64,000 bases of DNA, taken from contig CAXXSR010000001.1 in assembly GCA_963662615.2 (NCBI GenBank), forward strand, positions 896,001 to 960,000, written 5' to 3'. Position numbers and translations under genes: made by a program. The stretch is from Dehalococcoidia bacterium (GTDB lineage Bacteria; Chloroflexota; Dehalococcoidia; Bin125). Position 1 is the first letter of the stretch. Every line of letters starts with the position of its first letter. Below are positions 10,253 through 20,094 of this stretch, one piece after another. The notes beneath the pieces were generated by a model, which was given only the letters and a program-made list of their open reading frames with translations, searched no databases and had not been told where the DNA came from.

Positions 10253-11428
10253 ATGACGACGTCTCGTAAGGTTGTGTTCGTCCTTCTTGCCTTCTCGCTT
10301 CTGGCGATGGGAATCCTCCTCTCCCCGCTTGGCGACTCCCAGGCGGAGGCGCAGGATTCTGGCGGGACGCCGGAGCCATCCCAGGAGACGACGCCGATAG
10401 ACCCCGAGGTGGTTCGCATCGGGGCGGTGCACCCGCTGACCGGGGACGGGGCCGTGTACGGGCTGCCCGTGCAGCGCGTCATCGAGCGAGCGGTGCGCGA
10501 TCTCAATGAGGAGTGGGCTGAGCAGGACAGGCGGCTGGAGGTGGTCTTCGCGGATGGGCAGTGCACCGCTGCCGACGCCCTAGCCGCGGCACGCCGATTG
10601 GTGGAAGAGGACGGCGTGCGGGTTATCTATGGCGGCACCTGTTCCGGTGAGGTCCTCGGCATGGCCCCGTACGTCGAGACGAATCGCGTGCTGCTGCTCT
10701 CCCCCCTCGCCTCCAGTGACGAGATCACCGGCGCCGGCGACTACATCTTCAGGAACACGCCGACCAATTCCGCTCAGGTCGACGCCATGCTGGCCTTCCT
10801 GGGCTCCGAGGATTACCGGCGCTTCGCGCTGCTGACGGCGGACACGGCCTACGCCCAGGACCTGCGCCGATCGTACGTGGCGGGGATGCCGGGGATTGGC
10901 GGGACCGTCGTGGCCGACGAGGTCGTGGGCGCGGACGAGGTCACGGACCTCGCGGCGGCGGTCGGGAGGATCGCCGCGGCGCAGCCCGATGCCGTGATCG
11001 TCCTGCCGCAGACCATCCCGGGCGCCACCCGCTTCACCGCCGCGCTGCACACAGCCGGCGTCACGGCGCAGGGCATTGGGAGCGACGTCGTCGGTGTCGC
11101 CGACGATGAGTCCACGCGCGGGTACTACGTCCCGGTCGGGACCTTCAAGGGCGAGGGAACGGCCGAGTTCCTGGCCCTGCAGGACGAGACGGACTGCGAC
11201 CTCTCGTACTACTGCGCCACGACCTACGACGGGATCTTCCTGCTGGGCGAGGCGCTTGCGCGTTGTGGGGACGACACGAGCTGTCTGCGGGGCTTCCTGT
11301 ACGGCACGCAGGGGTGGGACGGGAAGTTCTACGGCTCCCTCTCGTTCGATGCCCACGGCGACATCGCCACCGCCGGCGCGTTCCGGATCGATCGCCTCGC
11401 GGACGCGGCGGCGGTACCGGCGAACTGA
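10253..11428 (+). CDS. Branched-chain amino acid-type ABC substrate-binding protein
   Basis: Signal peptide; VRIGAVHPLTGDGAVYG, DGQC, GGTCS, AGDYIFRN. Confidence 0.9.
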   Translation: MTTSRKVVFVLLAFSLLAMGILLSPLGDSQAEAQDSGGTPEPSQETTPIDPEVVRIGAVHPLTGDGAVYGLPVQRVIERAVRDLNEEWAEQDRRLEVVFADGQCTAADALAAARRLVEEDGVRVIYGGTCSGEVLGMAPYVETNRVLLLSPLASSDEITGAGDYIFRNTPTNSAQVDAMLAFLGSEDYRRFALLTADTAYAQDLRRSYVAGMPGIGGTVVADEVVGADEVTDLAAAVGRIAAAQPDAVIVLPQTIPGATRFTAALHTAGVTAQGIGSDVVGVADDESTRGYYVPVGTFKGEGTAEFLALQDETDCDLSYYCATTYDGIFLLGEALARCGDDTSCLRGFLYGTQGWDGKFYGSLSFDAHGDIATAGAFRIDRLADAAAVPAN

Positions 11429-11955
11429 CGGCGCCCGCTGCATCGCCCCGCGGCATCCGGATGGTGCCGACCGGCTTCAGCCCCGACGCGGCACGGTTGC
11501 TTCTGGCATCCGCCGTCGCTACCGACGATCTGCCGTTCATCAAGCGAGTCGCCTATGGAATCGCGGCGAATGCGCGAGTTTAGTATCGCTCTCTCAGAGA
11601 GCGCAGGCACCCTTCAGCGTGTGTGGCTCGCCGTCGATTCGGAAGTCTTGCCTCCTAACTTATCGTTACCTTTCTGATCGCCACGTTGATGGCTGTTGCT
11701 GTTTCCCTGCTCACGCCACGGCCATCTAAAGAGGTCGTGAACCTCTTCGACAGGGTCAACGCTGAGTCTCCCGCGTGATGCGCCCGGCGACGAGGGGTTA
11801 AGGGATCACCCTCCCCTACGGGAAGGCGGGCCTGCGGGGGGCCGTTGTGTCACCCTGTCGGCGCGGCGGTATTTCCCGAGTGAGCATTTACGGAGCCGCG
11901 CGAGAGCTCTCGATCCTCGATGCATCCGGCAGCCCATCAAACCAGAGTCGCACTC

Positions 11956-12426
11956 CTAAGTGAGTTCCGCTACCGCGAAGGTCACGGAGAAGGCACGGCA
12001 GTAAATCACGGCGGCGCGAAACGAGGCCGGATCGACGTCCGCTGGCACTTCGTAGTTCACGAAGCCGCTCGTCGCCCGGATGGCACCGAGGTTGACGGCG
12101 CCGTCCGCGTGCGCGTCGCCCCCGGGATCGGGTGTCAGGTAGACGAACAGGTCCGGCCCGTTTCGCACCGAGTACTCCTGGAAGCGCAGGATCAAGTTGC
12201 CGTTAGGATCGCTCACCAGCAGCACGTCGCCGCTCCCTGTGTGGAACGTATCCGTCCCCATGAGCACGCCGCTCGAGATCAGTCTGCCCATCCCCTCAGC
12301 ATCGGCCGCGGAATCGGCTGCGGAATCGGCTGCGGTTTTGGCCGCGCTGGACGTGTCCATCAGTGTGGCCTCGCCCGTCAGCGCGCCCTCCTCAGCCGCC
12401 GTCATCGCATCAGGCACGATAGGCAT
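11956..12426 (-). CDS. DM13 domain-containing protein (possibly 5'-truncated by the duplicated block)
   Basis: HTGSG.V...LRF..YSVRNGPDLFVYL...VIYCRAFSVTFAVA. Confidence 0.85.
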   Translation of the reverse strand: MPIVPDAMTAAEEGALTGEATLMDTSSAAKTAADSAADSAADAEGMGRLISSGVLMGTDTFHTGSGDVLLVSDPNGNLILRFQEYSVRNGPDLFVYLTPDPGGDAHADGAVNLGAIRATSGFVNYEVPADVDPASFRAAVIYCRAFSVTFAVAELT

Positions 12427-12453
12427 GGCAGTAACAGCGTCGTCTCCTTCCGC

Positions 12454-13634
12454 CGCGTCTGGGCCGGCTTCGAGACGCCCGACGCCATCGCGCGCGCGGC
12501 GACCGCCAGCTTGCTCGGACCGCCGCGGCTCAGCGCGGCTTGGGGAACGCTCGCCCGGTGGCCGCGTTGGTCACGCGGGTCCCGCGCGCCAACGCCCGCT
12601 GGTGCGTTCCGCAGAGGCTTCGGGACGGCGCCGCCGCTGGGCGGGAGCATTGCGTGCCCCGGGCGGTCCGCGCTTTGCACTGGGCCATTGCGTTCCCTCC
12701 TTCGCTGCCAATCCGCTACGTCGGCGACAATGATGACAGATCGATAAGGCGCGGGGGAGCTTGGCATCGACCCAGACGGGCCGTGGGGTCGTCGTGCTCT
12801 GCCCGTCACGCGATCCGCGCCTGGCGCCAGACCAACGAAGAGACTAGGGGCGATCGCGATCGCGGCCTCCACGTTGCTGCCCCGCGACGAAGGTGGCGCC
12901 GACGGTGGTGCAGGCGTAGACGACCTGGATCGCAATCGTCCCGGCGATGGCGAGCAGCAGGGTGAGGGTTGCGACATCGCTGCGCTGCCCGCGCAGCGGA
13001 CGCCGCGTCAGCGCGCGGGAGATGACGAACAGGGTCGTCAGCATGGCGGTCCAGCGCAGACCGGTCCCGCCGGGATTGCCGGTGACTTCCATCAGCGCTC
13101 CGAGCAGGAAGACGAGGGGGGAGGCGATGATGACGGTTCGCCAGCCAGTGTCGTCCCACGCGCTGCGGAGCGCGCCGACGGAGTATTGGCTGCGCTGCTG
13201 ATGACGCGAGATGACTGTTTCCTTTTCGCGCGAGCACGGTTGGTTCGAGAGCGGCGGCGTGCGCTCAGGTGGCATCGTCACGGTTTCGGTTGAGGCACTT
13301 GGCGATCGGTGGCGCGACGATGGCACAGCCGGCGGCGATGCCCGTGGTGAAGACGATCCAGGGCCAGTAGAGCTCCTGTCCACCCCACGAAGCGGCGCCG
13401 ACGCCGCTGGCTTCTGCGCCGTATTCGAGCCACCACGTCAGGACGATGAACAGCGCGAGCGCTACGTTGAGCGGGCTCGCGATGGGCCCGCTGAAACCTC
13501 GGCCGACGACCCAGCGGGCGATCAACGCGAGCACCGTCGCGATCACGCCCCAGGAGAACGACGGGGCGGGCACGGACGCGTTCGCCGCCCAGCCGACCAT
13601 CTCGGCGGTGAAGAAGAGGATCGCGAAGAGCAAC
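12454..13634. repeat. 1181-bp direct repeat, copy 2
   Basis: Matches 5005-6185. Confidence 0.95.
12844..13275 (-). CDS. Hypothetical membrane protein
   Basis: Overlaps the stop of the upstream membrane gene; shares the WDDT.WR..II motif with it. Confidence 0.45.
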   Translation of the reverse strand: MPPERTPPLSNQPCSREKETVISRHQQRSQYSVGALRSAWDDTGWRTVIIASPLVFLLGALMEVTGNPGGTGLRWTAMLTTLFVISRALTRRPLRGQRSDVATLTLLLAIAGTIAIQVVYACTTVGATFVAGQQRGGRDRDRP

Positions 13635-14056
13635 GCCCAGGCGACCAGCGGTCGCCTGGCATAGGGGGCGAGCGCGCGGGCGGCCAGCACGCTGCCCATC
13701 AGCACGAGCGAGAACGGCCAGTAGATGGCGTGTGCGGCGAACGTGTCGCCGATCGAGGTGAACCAGAACAGCGACTCGGCGGACAGGAGGGCGACAAGGC
13801 CGAGTAGCAGGCTGAGGTTTTCGGGATCGTTCAGCTCGCCACGTAAGGGGCGCATGGTCAGGGCTCGCCCGATGGCGAGCAGCGTGACGATCGAGGCGAC
13901 CCAGCCGATGCCAGGCTCGACAGCGACTGCCCAGATCACCAGTTCGAGCAGGAAGATCAGCGCTGCGGTGATGATCGCGGCGCGCCAGGCGGTGTCATCC
14001 CAGACGCGGCGCGCGACACCAAGCGGATCATTGCGCAGTTCCTCATGACGCAGCAC
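13265..14056 (-). CDS. Hypothetical multi-pass membrane protein
   Basis: GTG at 14056 after AAGGGAG; about 8 hydrophobic segments. Confidence 0.75.
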   Translation of the reverse strand: MLRHEELRNDPLGVARRVWDDTAWRAAIITAALIFLLELVIWAVAVEPGIGWVASIVTLLAIGRALTMRPLRGELNDPENLSLLLGLVALLSAESLFWFTSIGDTFAAHAIYWPFSLVLMGSVLAARALAPYARRPLVAWALLFAILFFTAEMVGWAANASVPAPSFSWGVIATVLALIARWVVGRGFSGPIASPLNVALALFIVLTWWLEYGAEASGVGAASWGGQELYWPWIVFTTGIAAGCAIVAPPIAKCLNRNRDDAT

Positions 14057-14550
14057 GGGATCTCCCTTCGCGTGCGCGGTTCTCGGTCGGGCGGATCGTA
14101 GCCCTTTGGAGACGCAGAGCGCGCTTGCCGTCACCGCGACCTCCGATGTGGGCGCAATGTGTGACGCGGCTGCGGATCCGCAGGCAGGCCAGCCTCAGCG
14201 AAGTCTGCATCGCGGTGCTGATGCCGTGGCGCGTCTGGCGGGCGTTCTCACGCCCCAGCGCGAAGCGGCACCCATGCCGAACGGGGTTTGCAATGCTCGA
14301 ACGTGAAGTCATCGACCAGAGCAACGTCGGCGCCGCTGTGGATCTCCAGTCTGCTGCCGGGAGGCGGCTGGTCCATGCCGGTGTGGCTGCGACTCAGCCA
14401 GATCAATCTCCCGGATGGGACGGTCCAGGCGGCGGCGGCGGCTTTGGCGGCGTCGTAAGTGGCTGCGTAGCGGCGCACCGTCACCCTGCTCCGAAAGCAG
14501 AGGCTGTGCTGCCCGTGCGTGTGCCACCGCCCGACGTCGTTTCGCCGGGC

Positions 14551-14830
14551 TCAGAAGTTTCCCGAGGCCACCTCACGCAGGATCGAGTTGTCCAGCGCTT
14601 GCTCCGCGACCAGCTGCTTCAGCCGCGCGTTCTCGCGCTCCAGCTCCTTCAGCCGCTTCGCCTGGTCGACCCGCATCCCGCCGTACTCGAGACGCCAGCA
14701 GTAGTAGGTCTGCTCACTCATCCCGAGCTTGCGCACCGCCTGGCCCACCGTATCGCCCTGGGCGAGGTGGACCTCTGCCTCCCGCAGCTTGGCGATGATC
14801 TCCTCAGCTGCGTACCGCTTCCGCTTGCTC
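14551..14830 (-). pseudogene. IS3-family OrfA remnant
   Basis: KRYAAEEIIAKLREAE...EQTYY.WR.EYGG...LKELERENARLK...GNF. Confidence 0.85.
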
Positions 14831-14835
14831 GCCCA

Positions 14836-14935
14836 GACGAGCTGTGGGGAACCGACGCCACACGCGCGTTCATTCACAAGAGGTATACGAGCTGAGAAAG
14901 CAACTGGTCGAACCTGTCTTCGGAATCATCAAGGT
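14836..14935 (+). pseudogene. Short transposase scraps (ELWGTDAT; YELRKQLVEPVFGIIK, IS1182/IS5-like)
   Basis: Motif recognition only. Confidence 0.5.
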
Positions 14936-15085
14936 ATCGATTGTCGTCCTCCGCCGTCTCGGGCTCGATGGTGGAGGCTCCCTCCTTGACGAAGACGCTC
15001 TCTCCGGGAGAGCTGCCAATCCCAAACAAACCGGCGGGTACGTCGGTTGCCAGGTCTACGGAAACTGTGTACGTCGCGTCCGCCG

Positions 15086-15994
15086 CTACTCATACCAGCC
15101 CGATCCAAATAGCAGCCCGTCATGCCGCACAATCCAAGTGTGTTTCTGACGGTTCTCGCCCGATTCCGGGTTGAGCAACACATAGTCGACCCAATGACCC
15201 GCCTCAGTGGCGCTCAGTAAGTCGTCGCCATAGAAATACCCCGTGGCGTCCACACGGAGGCTGGGATCACGCCCTCGAAACTGCGGGTTATGGTGGGCTA
15301 TCGTGTAGCCGTCTTGGTCGATGATGAAGACATACCACTGGCCGTCAACGATGATGAAGACATACCACTGGCCGTCAACGCTCTCCTGGGCGTTGTAGTA
15401 GGCGACCGTCTCCTCCAGGCCGAGGGCGACGTAGAGGTTCATGGCCTGCCGCACGAAGGTCTTGGTGTAGGCGGGGGCGTCGGACTTGGCGGGGCCGCGT
15501 TCGTACCAGCCGGAGCCGAAGGTAATGCCGTCGTGGATCACCACCCAGGAGTGCTTGGTCTCCACAACGCCAGAGGCGGGATTGGGATAGGTGTAGTCGA
15601 ACCAGGCGCCGTCCTGGTCGGCGGAGGCGGCGACGGCGGACCCTGTGGGGTAGGAGTTGGGTCCGAGAGCCTGGGAGACGTGCTTGCCCACGAGGTCGGG
15701 GTTGGGGGCATGAGCGATGATGGTCTGGTTCTCATCGGTGATGAAGACATACCACTGGCCGTCGACACTGTGGGGGGAGTTGAAAAAGGCGAGGGCGGCC
15801 TGGCGGCCCTGGGCATCGTAGCGCGCGAGGGCCTGCTGCACGAACCAGTGGGTATAGGCGCTGGGCTCGGCCTTGGAGGGGGGCGGTGCAGCGGCGGGAG
15901 CGGGAGCGGGATCATCGATAAGCGCGAGGATGGCGACGATCAACGCCGCCAGGGCGAGGGCCGCCGTGGTACCGATTGTGATTCGTCGCGCCAT
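15086..15994 (-). CDS. Exported tandem Cache-domain protein with no output domain
   Basis: N-terminal TM/signal; two repeats of GQWYVFI.D..G..IAH...W.DY...NP.SG....KH.W...HDG..FGSGWYE. Confidence 0.85.
   Translation of the reverse strand: MARRITIGTTAALALAALIVAILALIDDPAPAPAAAPPPSKAEPSAYTHWFVQQALARYDAQGRQAALAFFNSPHSVDGQWYVFITDENQTIIAHAPNPDLVGKHVSQALGPNSYPTGSAVAASADQDGAWFDYTYPNPASGVVETKHSWVVIHDGITFGSGWYERGPAKSDAPAYTKTFVRQAMNLYVALGLEETVAYYNAQESVDGQWYVFIIVDGQWYVFIIDQDGYTIAHHNPQFRGRDPSLRVDATGYFYGDDLLSATEAGHWVDYVLLNPESGENRQKHTWIVRHDGLLFGSGWYE
15321..15380. repeat. Perfect 30-bp tandem duplication, in frame (VDGQWYVFII x2)
   Basis: ATGATGAAGACATACCACTGGCCGTCAACG twice. Confidence 0.95.
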
Positions 15995-16129
15995 TTCGTG
16001 TAGCTCCGCCCCATCCTCTGCCGGTGAAGCGGGCGGGGTCGCCCGCCGCGCACCGAGTATAGCCAGGCGCTGCCTCCAGATCGCGCACCGCGGGTATGTG
16101 CTCGACCAGGGCCGCGGCGAGCATCTACG

Positions 16130-17061
16130 CCGCGCTCGACACGCCGGCCTTCCACGCCTCCGGCCGCGTGTCCGCGGGGCTCTCGATCACCTGATGCTGT
16201 GCGAGCGCCGCCCGCGCGTGACCGAGGTCGATCGTCTGCGCTGGGCGCCCCTCCGCCGTCGCTGGGCGGGCGGGCGCACGTCCCTGGTGATCCTCCATCC
16301 GGACACGGTCGGGCGTTGGCATCGCACCGGCTGGCGCCGGTTCTGGACCTGGAAGAGTCGCCCGCACCGGCCGGGGCGGCGGCGGATCCCGGTCGAGGCG
16401 CGGGATCTGATTCTCCGCCTTGCGCGGGAGAATCCGCGCTGGGGCGCGGTGCGCATCCGGGCCGAGCTGCGGACGCTCGGTTCCGACGTGAGTGCGAAGG
16501 CGGACCTTCCTCCCCAACCAGCGCGGCGTCATCTGGGCGGCGGACTGCTGCCCCGTCCCGACGCGCACGGTCGGGACGGTGTCCGTCTTCTTCATCATCG
16601 CGCATGCGCGGCGCCGCATCGAGGACGTCACCGTCACGGCCCATCCCACGGCGGCCTGGACCTGGCAGCAGATGATCGAGGCCACGGCCTGTAACCATCG
16701 CCCGCGCTCTCTGATCCGAGACCGCGACCGCGCCTACGGGCGCGACTGCGTGGCCCGGGCGCAGCGGCTTGGGAGTGAGACGATCTGGACACCGGTGCGG
16801 GCTCCGCATGCGAATGCCGTGGCCGAGCGCTGGATCGGGACGCTCCGACGCGCGTGCTCGCATCACATCATTCCGCTCAACGCGCGGCACCTGCAGCGGA
16901 TCATCCCAGAGTGCGTCGCCTCTTCCAACGAGACGCGTCCCCATCGGCCCCTCGACCTCCATCCGCCAGCCGGGCCGCGCGCGCCCCAGCGGCACGGGCG
17001 CGTCGTCGCGCCCCCGATGCTGGGAGGCCTCCATCATCGCGACGAACGGGCTGCTGCCTGA
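16130..17061 (+). pseudogene. Degenerate integrase-core (rve) transposase
   Basis: PDTVGRWHR..., ENPRWGAVRIRAEL, LIRDRDRAYG, ANAVAERWIGTLRR, LGGLHH; frameshifted. Confidence 0.85.
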
Positions 17062-17082
17062 CGATCCGTATTGTGTGGCCCG

Positions 17083-17277
17083 ACAGCCGCTCTGGTGATC
17101 GATCAACTCATCGAAACCGCCGCCGAAGAGAACACGGAATGCATCGTCGTGAATCTCTCCGGTTCCGTCGCCAAGACCCTCCACTCCCTCAATGCTCTCA
17201 AGTGGGTTCCGGAAGAGCATTTCGTGGACACTCTGGACGAGGCGAGGCTGCTCGCCAAGAGCCTGCTCCACGACTGA
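17083..17277 (+). pseudogene. C-terminal STAS-domain fragment (SulP-like)
   Basis: TAALVIDQLIE...V..TLHSLNAL..VP...F.DTLDEA. Confidence 0.45.
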
Positions 17278-17389
17278 GATCACTGCGATCAATGCATGGT
17301 TCGTCGTCCGGCCAACTCGAAATATTCGCACGCGCCTCAGAGACTATTGAGGAAACCCGCCTGCCGGTTCTCAGGATGGGAACGGGGTC

Positions 17390-18283
17390 GTGAGCAGCCA
17401 AACGCAAGCATACCTGTACGCGGGAGGTGCGGTTCTCCTGTGGGCTACCGCCGCGTCGGCGTTCAAGGTGTCGCTGCGCTACGTCGAAGCGCCGCACATG
17501 CTGCTCTACGCGACGATCGTATCGACGCTGGTGCTGCTCGCCGTCGCGGCCTGGCAGCGCAAGCTGGGGCAGGCGCTGATCGGTTCGCCCAAGCAGTATC
17601 TGCGGTCGGCGGCGCTCGGCCTCCTCAACCCGTTCCTCTACTACCTCGTGCTGTTCGAGGCTTACGACCGTCTGCCCGCCCAAGAGGCGCAGTCGCTCAA
17701 CTATGCCTGGCCCATGGTGGTCGTGATCCTCTCGGTGCCGCTGCTCAAGCAGCCCCTGGGCAGGATCTCCCTGGCCGCGATCGCGGTGAGCTTCTGCGGC
17801 GTGCTCGTGATCGCGACGCGCGGCGACCTGCTGGCCTTTCGCGTGAGCGATCCGGTCGGCACGGCCCTGGCGGTCGGCAGCGCCTTCATTTGGGCCACGT
17901 TCTGGCTGACCAATGTCCGGGACGACCGCGATGCCGTCGTCAAGCTGCTGCTGAACTTCGCCTTCGGATTGGTGTTCGTTCTCGCCGCGGCCTACGCCCT
18001 GGCCGGCCCGCCGCCTCTGGACCTGCGCGGCATCGGAGGATCGGCGTACGTCGGCGTCTTCGAGATGGGCCTGACCTTCGTCCTCTGGATGCGCGCCCTC
18101 TCGCTCTCGCGGACGACCGCGCAGGTCAGCAACCTCGTCTACCTATCGCCGTTCCTCTCCCTCGTCTTCATCAGCGTCATCGTCGGAGAGACGATCCGGC
18201 CGTCGTCGGTACTCGGGCTGCTGCTCATTATCGGGGGCATCGTCATCCGCCGCTTCGACCGGACCGCGCCGCGACCGGTCTGA
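17390..18283 (+). CDS. DMT/EamA family transporter
   Basis: 10 TM segments; LLWAT.ASAFK, NPFLYYLVLFEAY.LPAQEAQSLNYAWP. Confidence 0.92.
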   Translation: MSSQTQAYLYAGGAVLLWATAASAFKVSLRYVEAPHMLLYATIVSTLVLLAVAAWQRKLGQALIGSPKQYLRSAALGLLNPFLYYLVLFEAYDRLPAQEAQSLNYAWPMVVVILSVPLLKQPLGRISLAAIAVSFCGVLVIATRGDLLAFRVSDPVGTALAVGSAFIWATFWLTNVRDDRDAVVKLLLNFAFGLVFVLAAAYALAGPPPLDLRGIGGSAYVGVFEMGLTFVLWMRALSLSRTTAQVSNLVYLSPFLSLVFISVIVGETIRPSSVLGLLLIIGGIVIRRFDRTAPRPV

Positions 18284-18357
18284 AGCACCGCTTCTTCCGA
18301 CCCGGCCCAAACCACCTTCATCGGTAGCGCGCCCTCACCAGCGCTCGCCTGGAAGGG

Positions 18358-18442
18358 TGGTTGGGAAGAGGAGACTCGAACTCCTACGCCTTGCGGCACA
18401 CGATCCTGAATCGTGCTCGTCTACCAGTTCCGACACTTCCCC
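18358..18442 (-). tRNA. tRNA-Leu(CAG)
   Basis: GGGGAAG TG TCGGAACTGGTAGACGA G CACGA TTCAGGA TCGTG TGCCGCAAGGCGT AGGAG TTCGAGT CTCCT CTTCCCA A CCA. Long variable arm; G1:A72 mismatch. Confidence 0.9.
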
Positions 18443-18539
18443 ACGGCGCGGGGACCCACCTTCCGCAGCTTCTCGGCCCGGCGGCCTCTGCTCCGCGGCG
18501 CCCCGCCGGCAGCGACTCGCGTCCTCTCCAAGCGTGGTA

Positions 18540-18583
18540 GTGAGCCATGTAGGACTCAAACCTACAACCGGCTGATTAAGAGT
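18540..18583 (-). other. tRNA-Lys(CTT) 3'-half fragment (att-like scar)
   Basis: Reverse complement ACTCTTAATCAGCCGGTTGTAGGTTTGAGTCCTACATGGCTCAC: anticodon loop and T-arm only. Confidence 0.7.
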
Positions 18584-18749
18584 ATTCGCTTAATCGCCTT
18601 GGAAGTCTGATTCGCGTGCCCTCAGCTCGAGCCGGAGCCCCGCGCGCTTGACGACGCTCTAAACTGAGTTTGGTGGCTGGGGGCACGGATCGGGGAAGTC
18701 CTCCCGCGTGCGCGTTGGGTGGCAGCAGATTCCCTAGCAGGAGCGTGCA

Positions 18750-19487
18750 ATGAACCGGTGGTTGGTGGGGGGCGTGCTCGCGATCCTCCTGAGTGGTTTC
18801 GGGGTCCTCTTAGCGATGCCGCAACCCGTACAGGCGTGTTCGTGTGTGGTCTTCACCCCGCCGGAGCAGTTGGAGATGGCATCGACCGTCTTCCACGGCC
18901 GCGTCACGGCGATGGAGCCGTTCACTCCGGCTGCCAACAGCCCTAGGCCGTGGCTTGACACGGCAGTGCAGTTTGAGGTGGACACGGTATGGGAAGGCGC
19001 GGTCGCCGAGAACATCGTGATCGCTGTGGTTGGCGCTAACGAAGCATGCGGGTTTGAGTTTGATGTCGGCGAGGAATATCTCGTGTACGCGGACGGTCCT
19101 CCCTTCTATGGCACCGGCTGGTGTGATGGTACGAAGATCTTCGACGGGGATGTTGCCCACTTGGGCGAAGGCATGGCTCCACTTCCGGGAATCGACGAGC
19201 AAGCACTCGCCTACGATCAAAGACACATTGAAGCGGCCGCTGTTGCCGCTGCCGAGCCGGAGCCACCACCGCTTGCTGAAACACCAACCGACGCTGCCGA
19301 GCCGGGGCCTGCCCCCGCCGGCGAAGCCCCGCGCGAAAGCGTGGAGCCAGATCCGCCGCCGGTCGCATCACAAGACGCTGGAGAGACGGGCTGGATCTGG
19401 ATCGCCGTGGGGATCGGCGTCGCGGCGGTGGCGGGCGTTGCCTTTGCGATCACCTGGGCGCGGTGGCGCGGCAAGTTTTCCGTATAG
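18750..19487 (+). CDS. TIMP/NTR-like domain surface protein with C-terminal TM anchor
   Basis: Signal peptide ending VQA|CSC; VF.GRV, F.V..VW.G, CGF.F..GEEYLVYA, WCDGT; Pro-rich linker and TM-RWRGK tail. Confidence 0.8.
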   Translation: MNRWLVGGVLAILLSGFGVLLAMPQPVQACSCVVFTPPEQLEMASTVFHGRVTAMEPFTPAANSPRPWLDTAVQFEVDTVWEGAVAENIVIAVVGANEACGFEFDVGEEYLVYADGPPFYGTGWCDGTKIFDGDVAHLGEGMAPLPGIDEQALAYDQRHIEAAAVAAAEPEPPPLAETPTDAAEPGPAPAGEAPRESVEPDPPPVASQDAGETGWIWIAVGIGVAAVAGVAFAITWARWRGKFSV

Positions 19488-19499
19488 GTTTCAGCGCGG

Positions 19500-19998
19500 T
19501 GCCATCGCGCACGATCACCACGTCGCGCTCAGGGGCTGCGACTGGTCCGCAGCGAGGAAGGATCGCTTCTCGAGTGATCCCGCGAACCTCAACCCGACGG
19601 CGCAATCGTTCAACGCGAGCAAGGGGAGTCGCACGCCGGATCAGTTGACCGGCATCGCGGCCCGGATTCTCGACACGGCGGTGGAGCAGTGCGCCTATGC
19701 GCGTCAGCACCGCGCCGTGAAGCGGGCGTGGGGCCTCACCCTGACCGCTCCGCAGCAGGCCACCAGCACCGCGTGGCTCGCCGGCTGTGGGACGACCAAC
19801 GGAGAAGCGGCATCCGAGCCTGCGCCAATATCGGAGTCCGGCGTCGGTTGCGATCCGTCGTATCCTGATGTGTGCATCCCGCCCTCCCCGCCAGACCTTG
19901 ACTGTGGGGACATCCCGCATCGACGCTTCCGGGTCGTCGGGAACGACCCGCATCGATTCGATGGCCGGGACCAGGACGGCATTGGATGCGAGAGCTAG
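19500..19998 (+). pseudogene. 5'-truncated DUF1524/HNH-like protein with C-terminal Excalibur-like Cys domain
   Basis: DH.VAL...W...RK.RF.SDP.NL...N.SKG; CDPSYPDVCIP...DLDC.DI...DPH.FDG.D.DGIGCE. Confidence 0.65.
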
Positions 19999-20094
19999 CA
20001 GGGCGCGACCAGTGATTGGGATCGAATCGAGCGTCTGGCTCAACAGCGTCAGCCAATGTCGACCGGGAGATCGCAGGGATCGCCGAACACCGTC

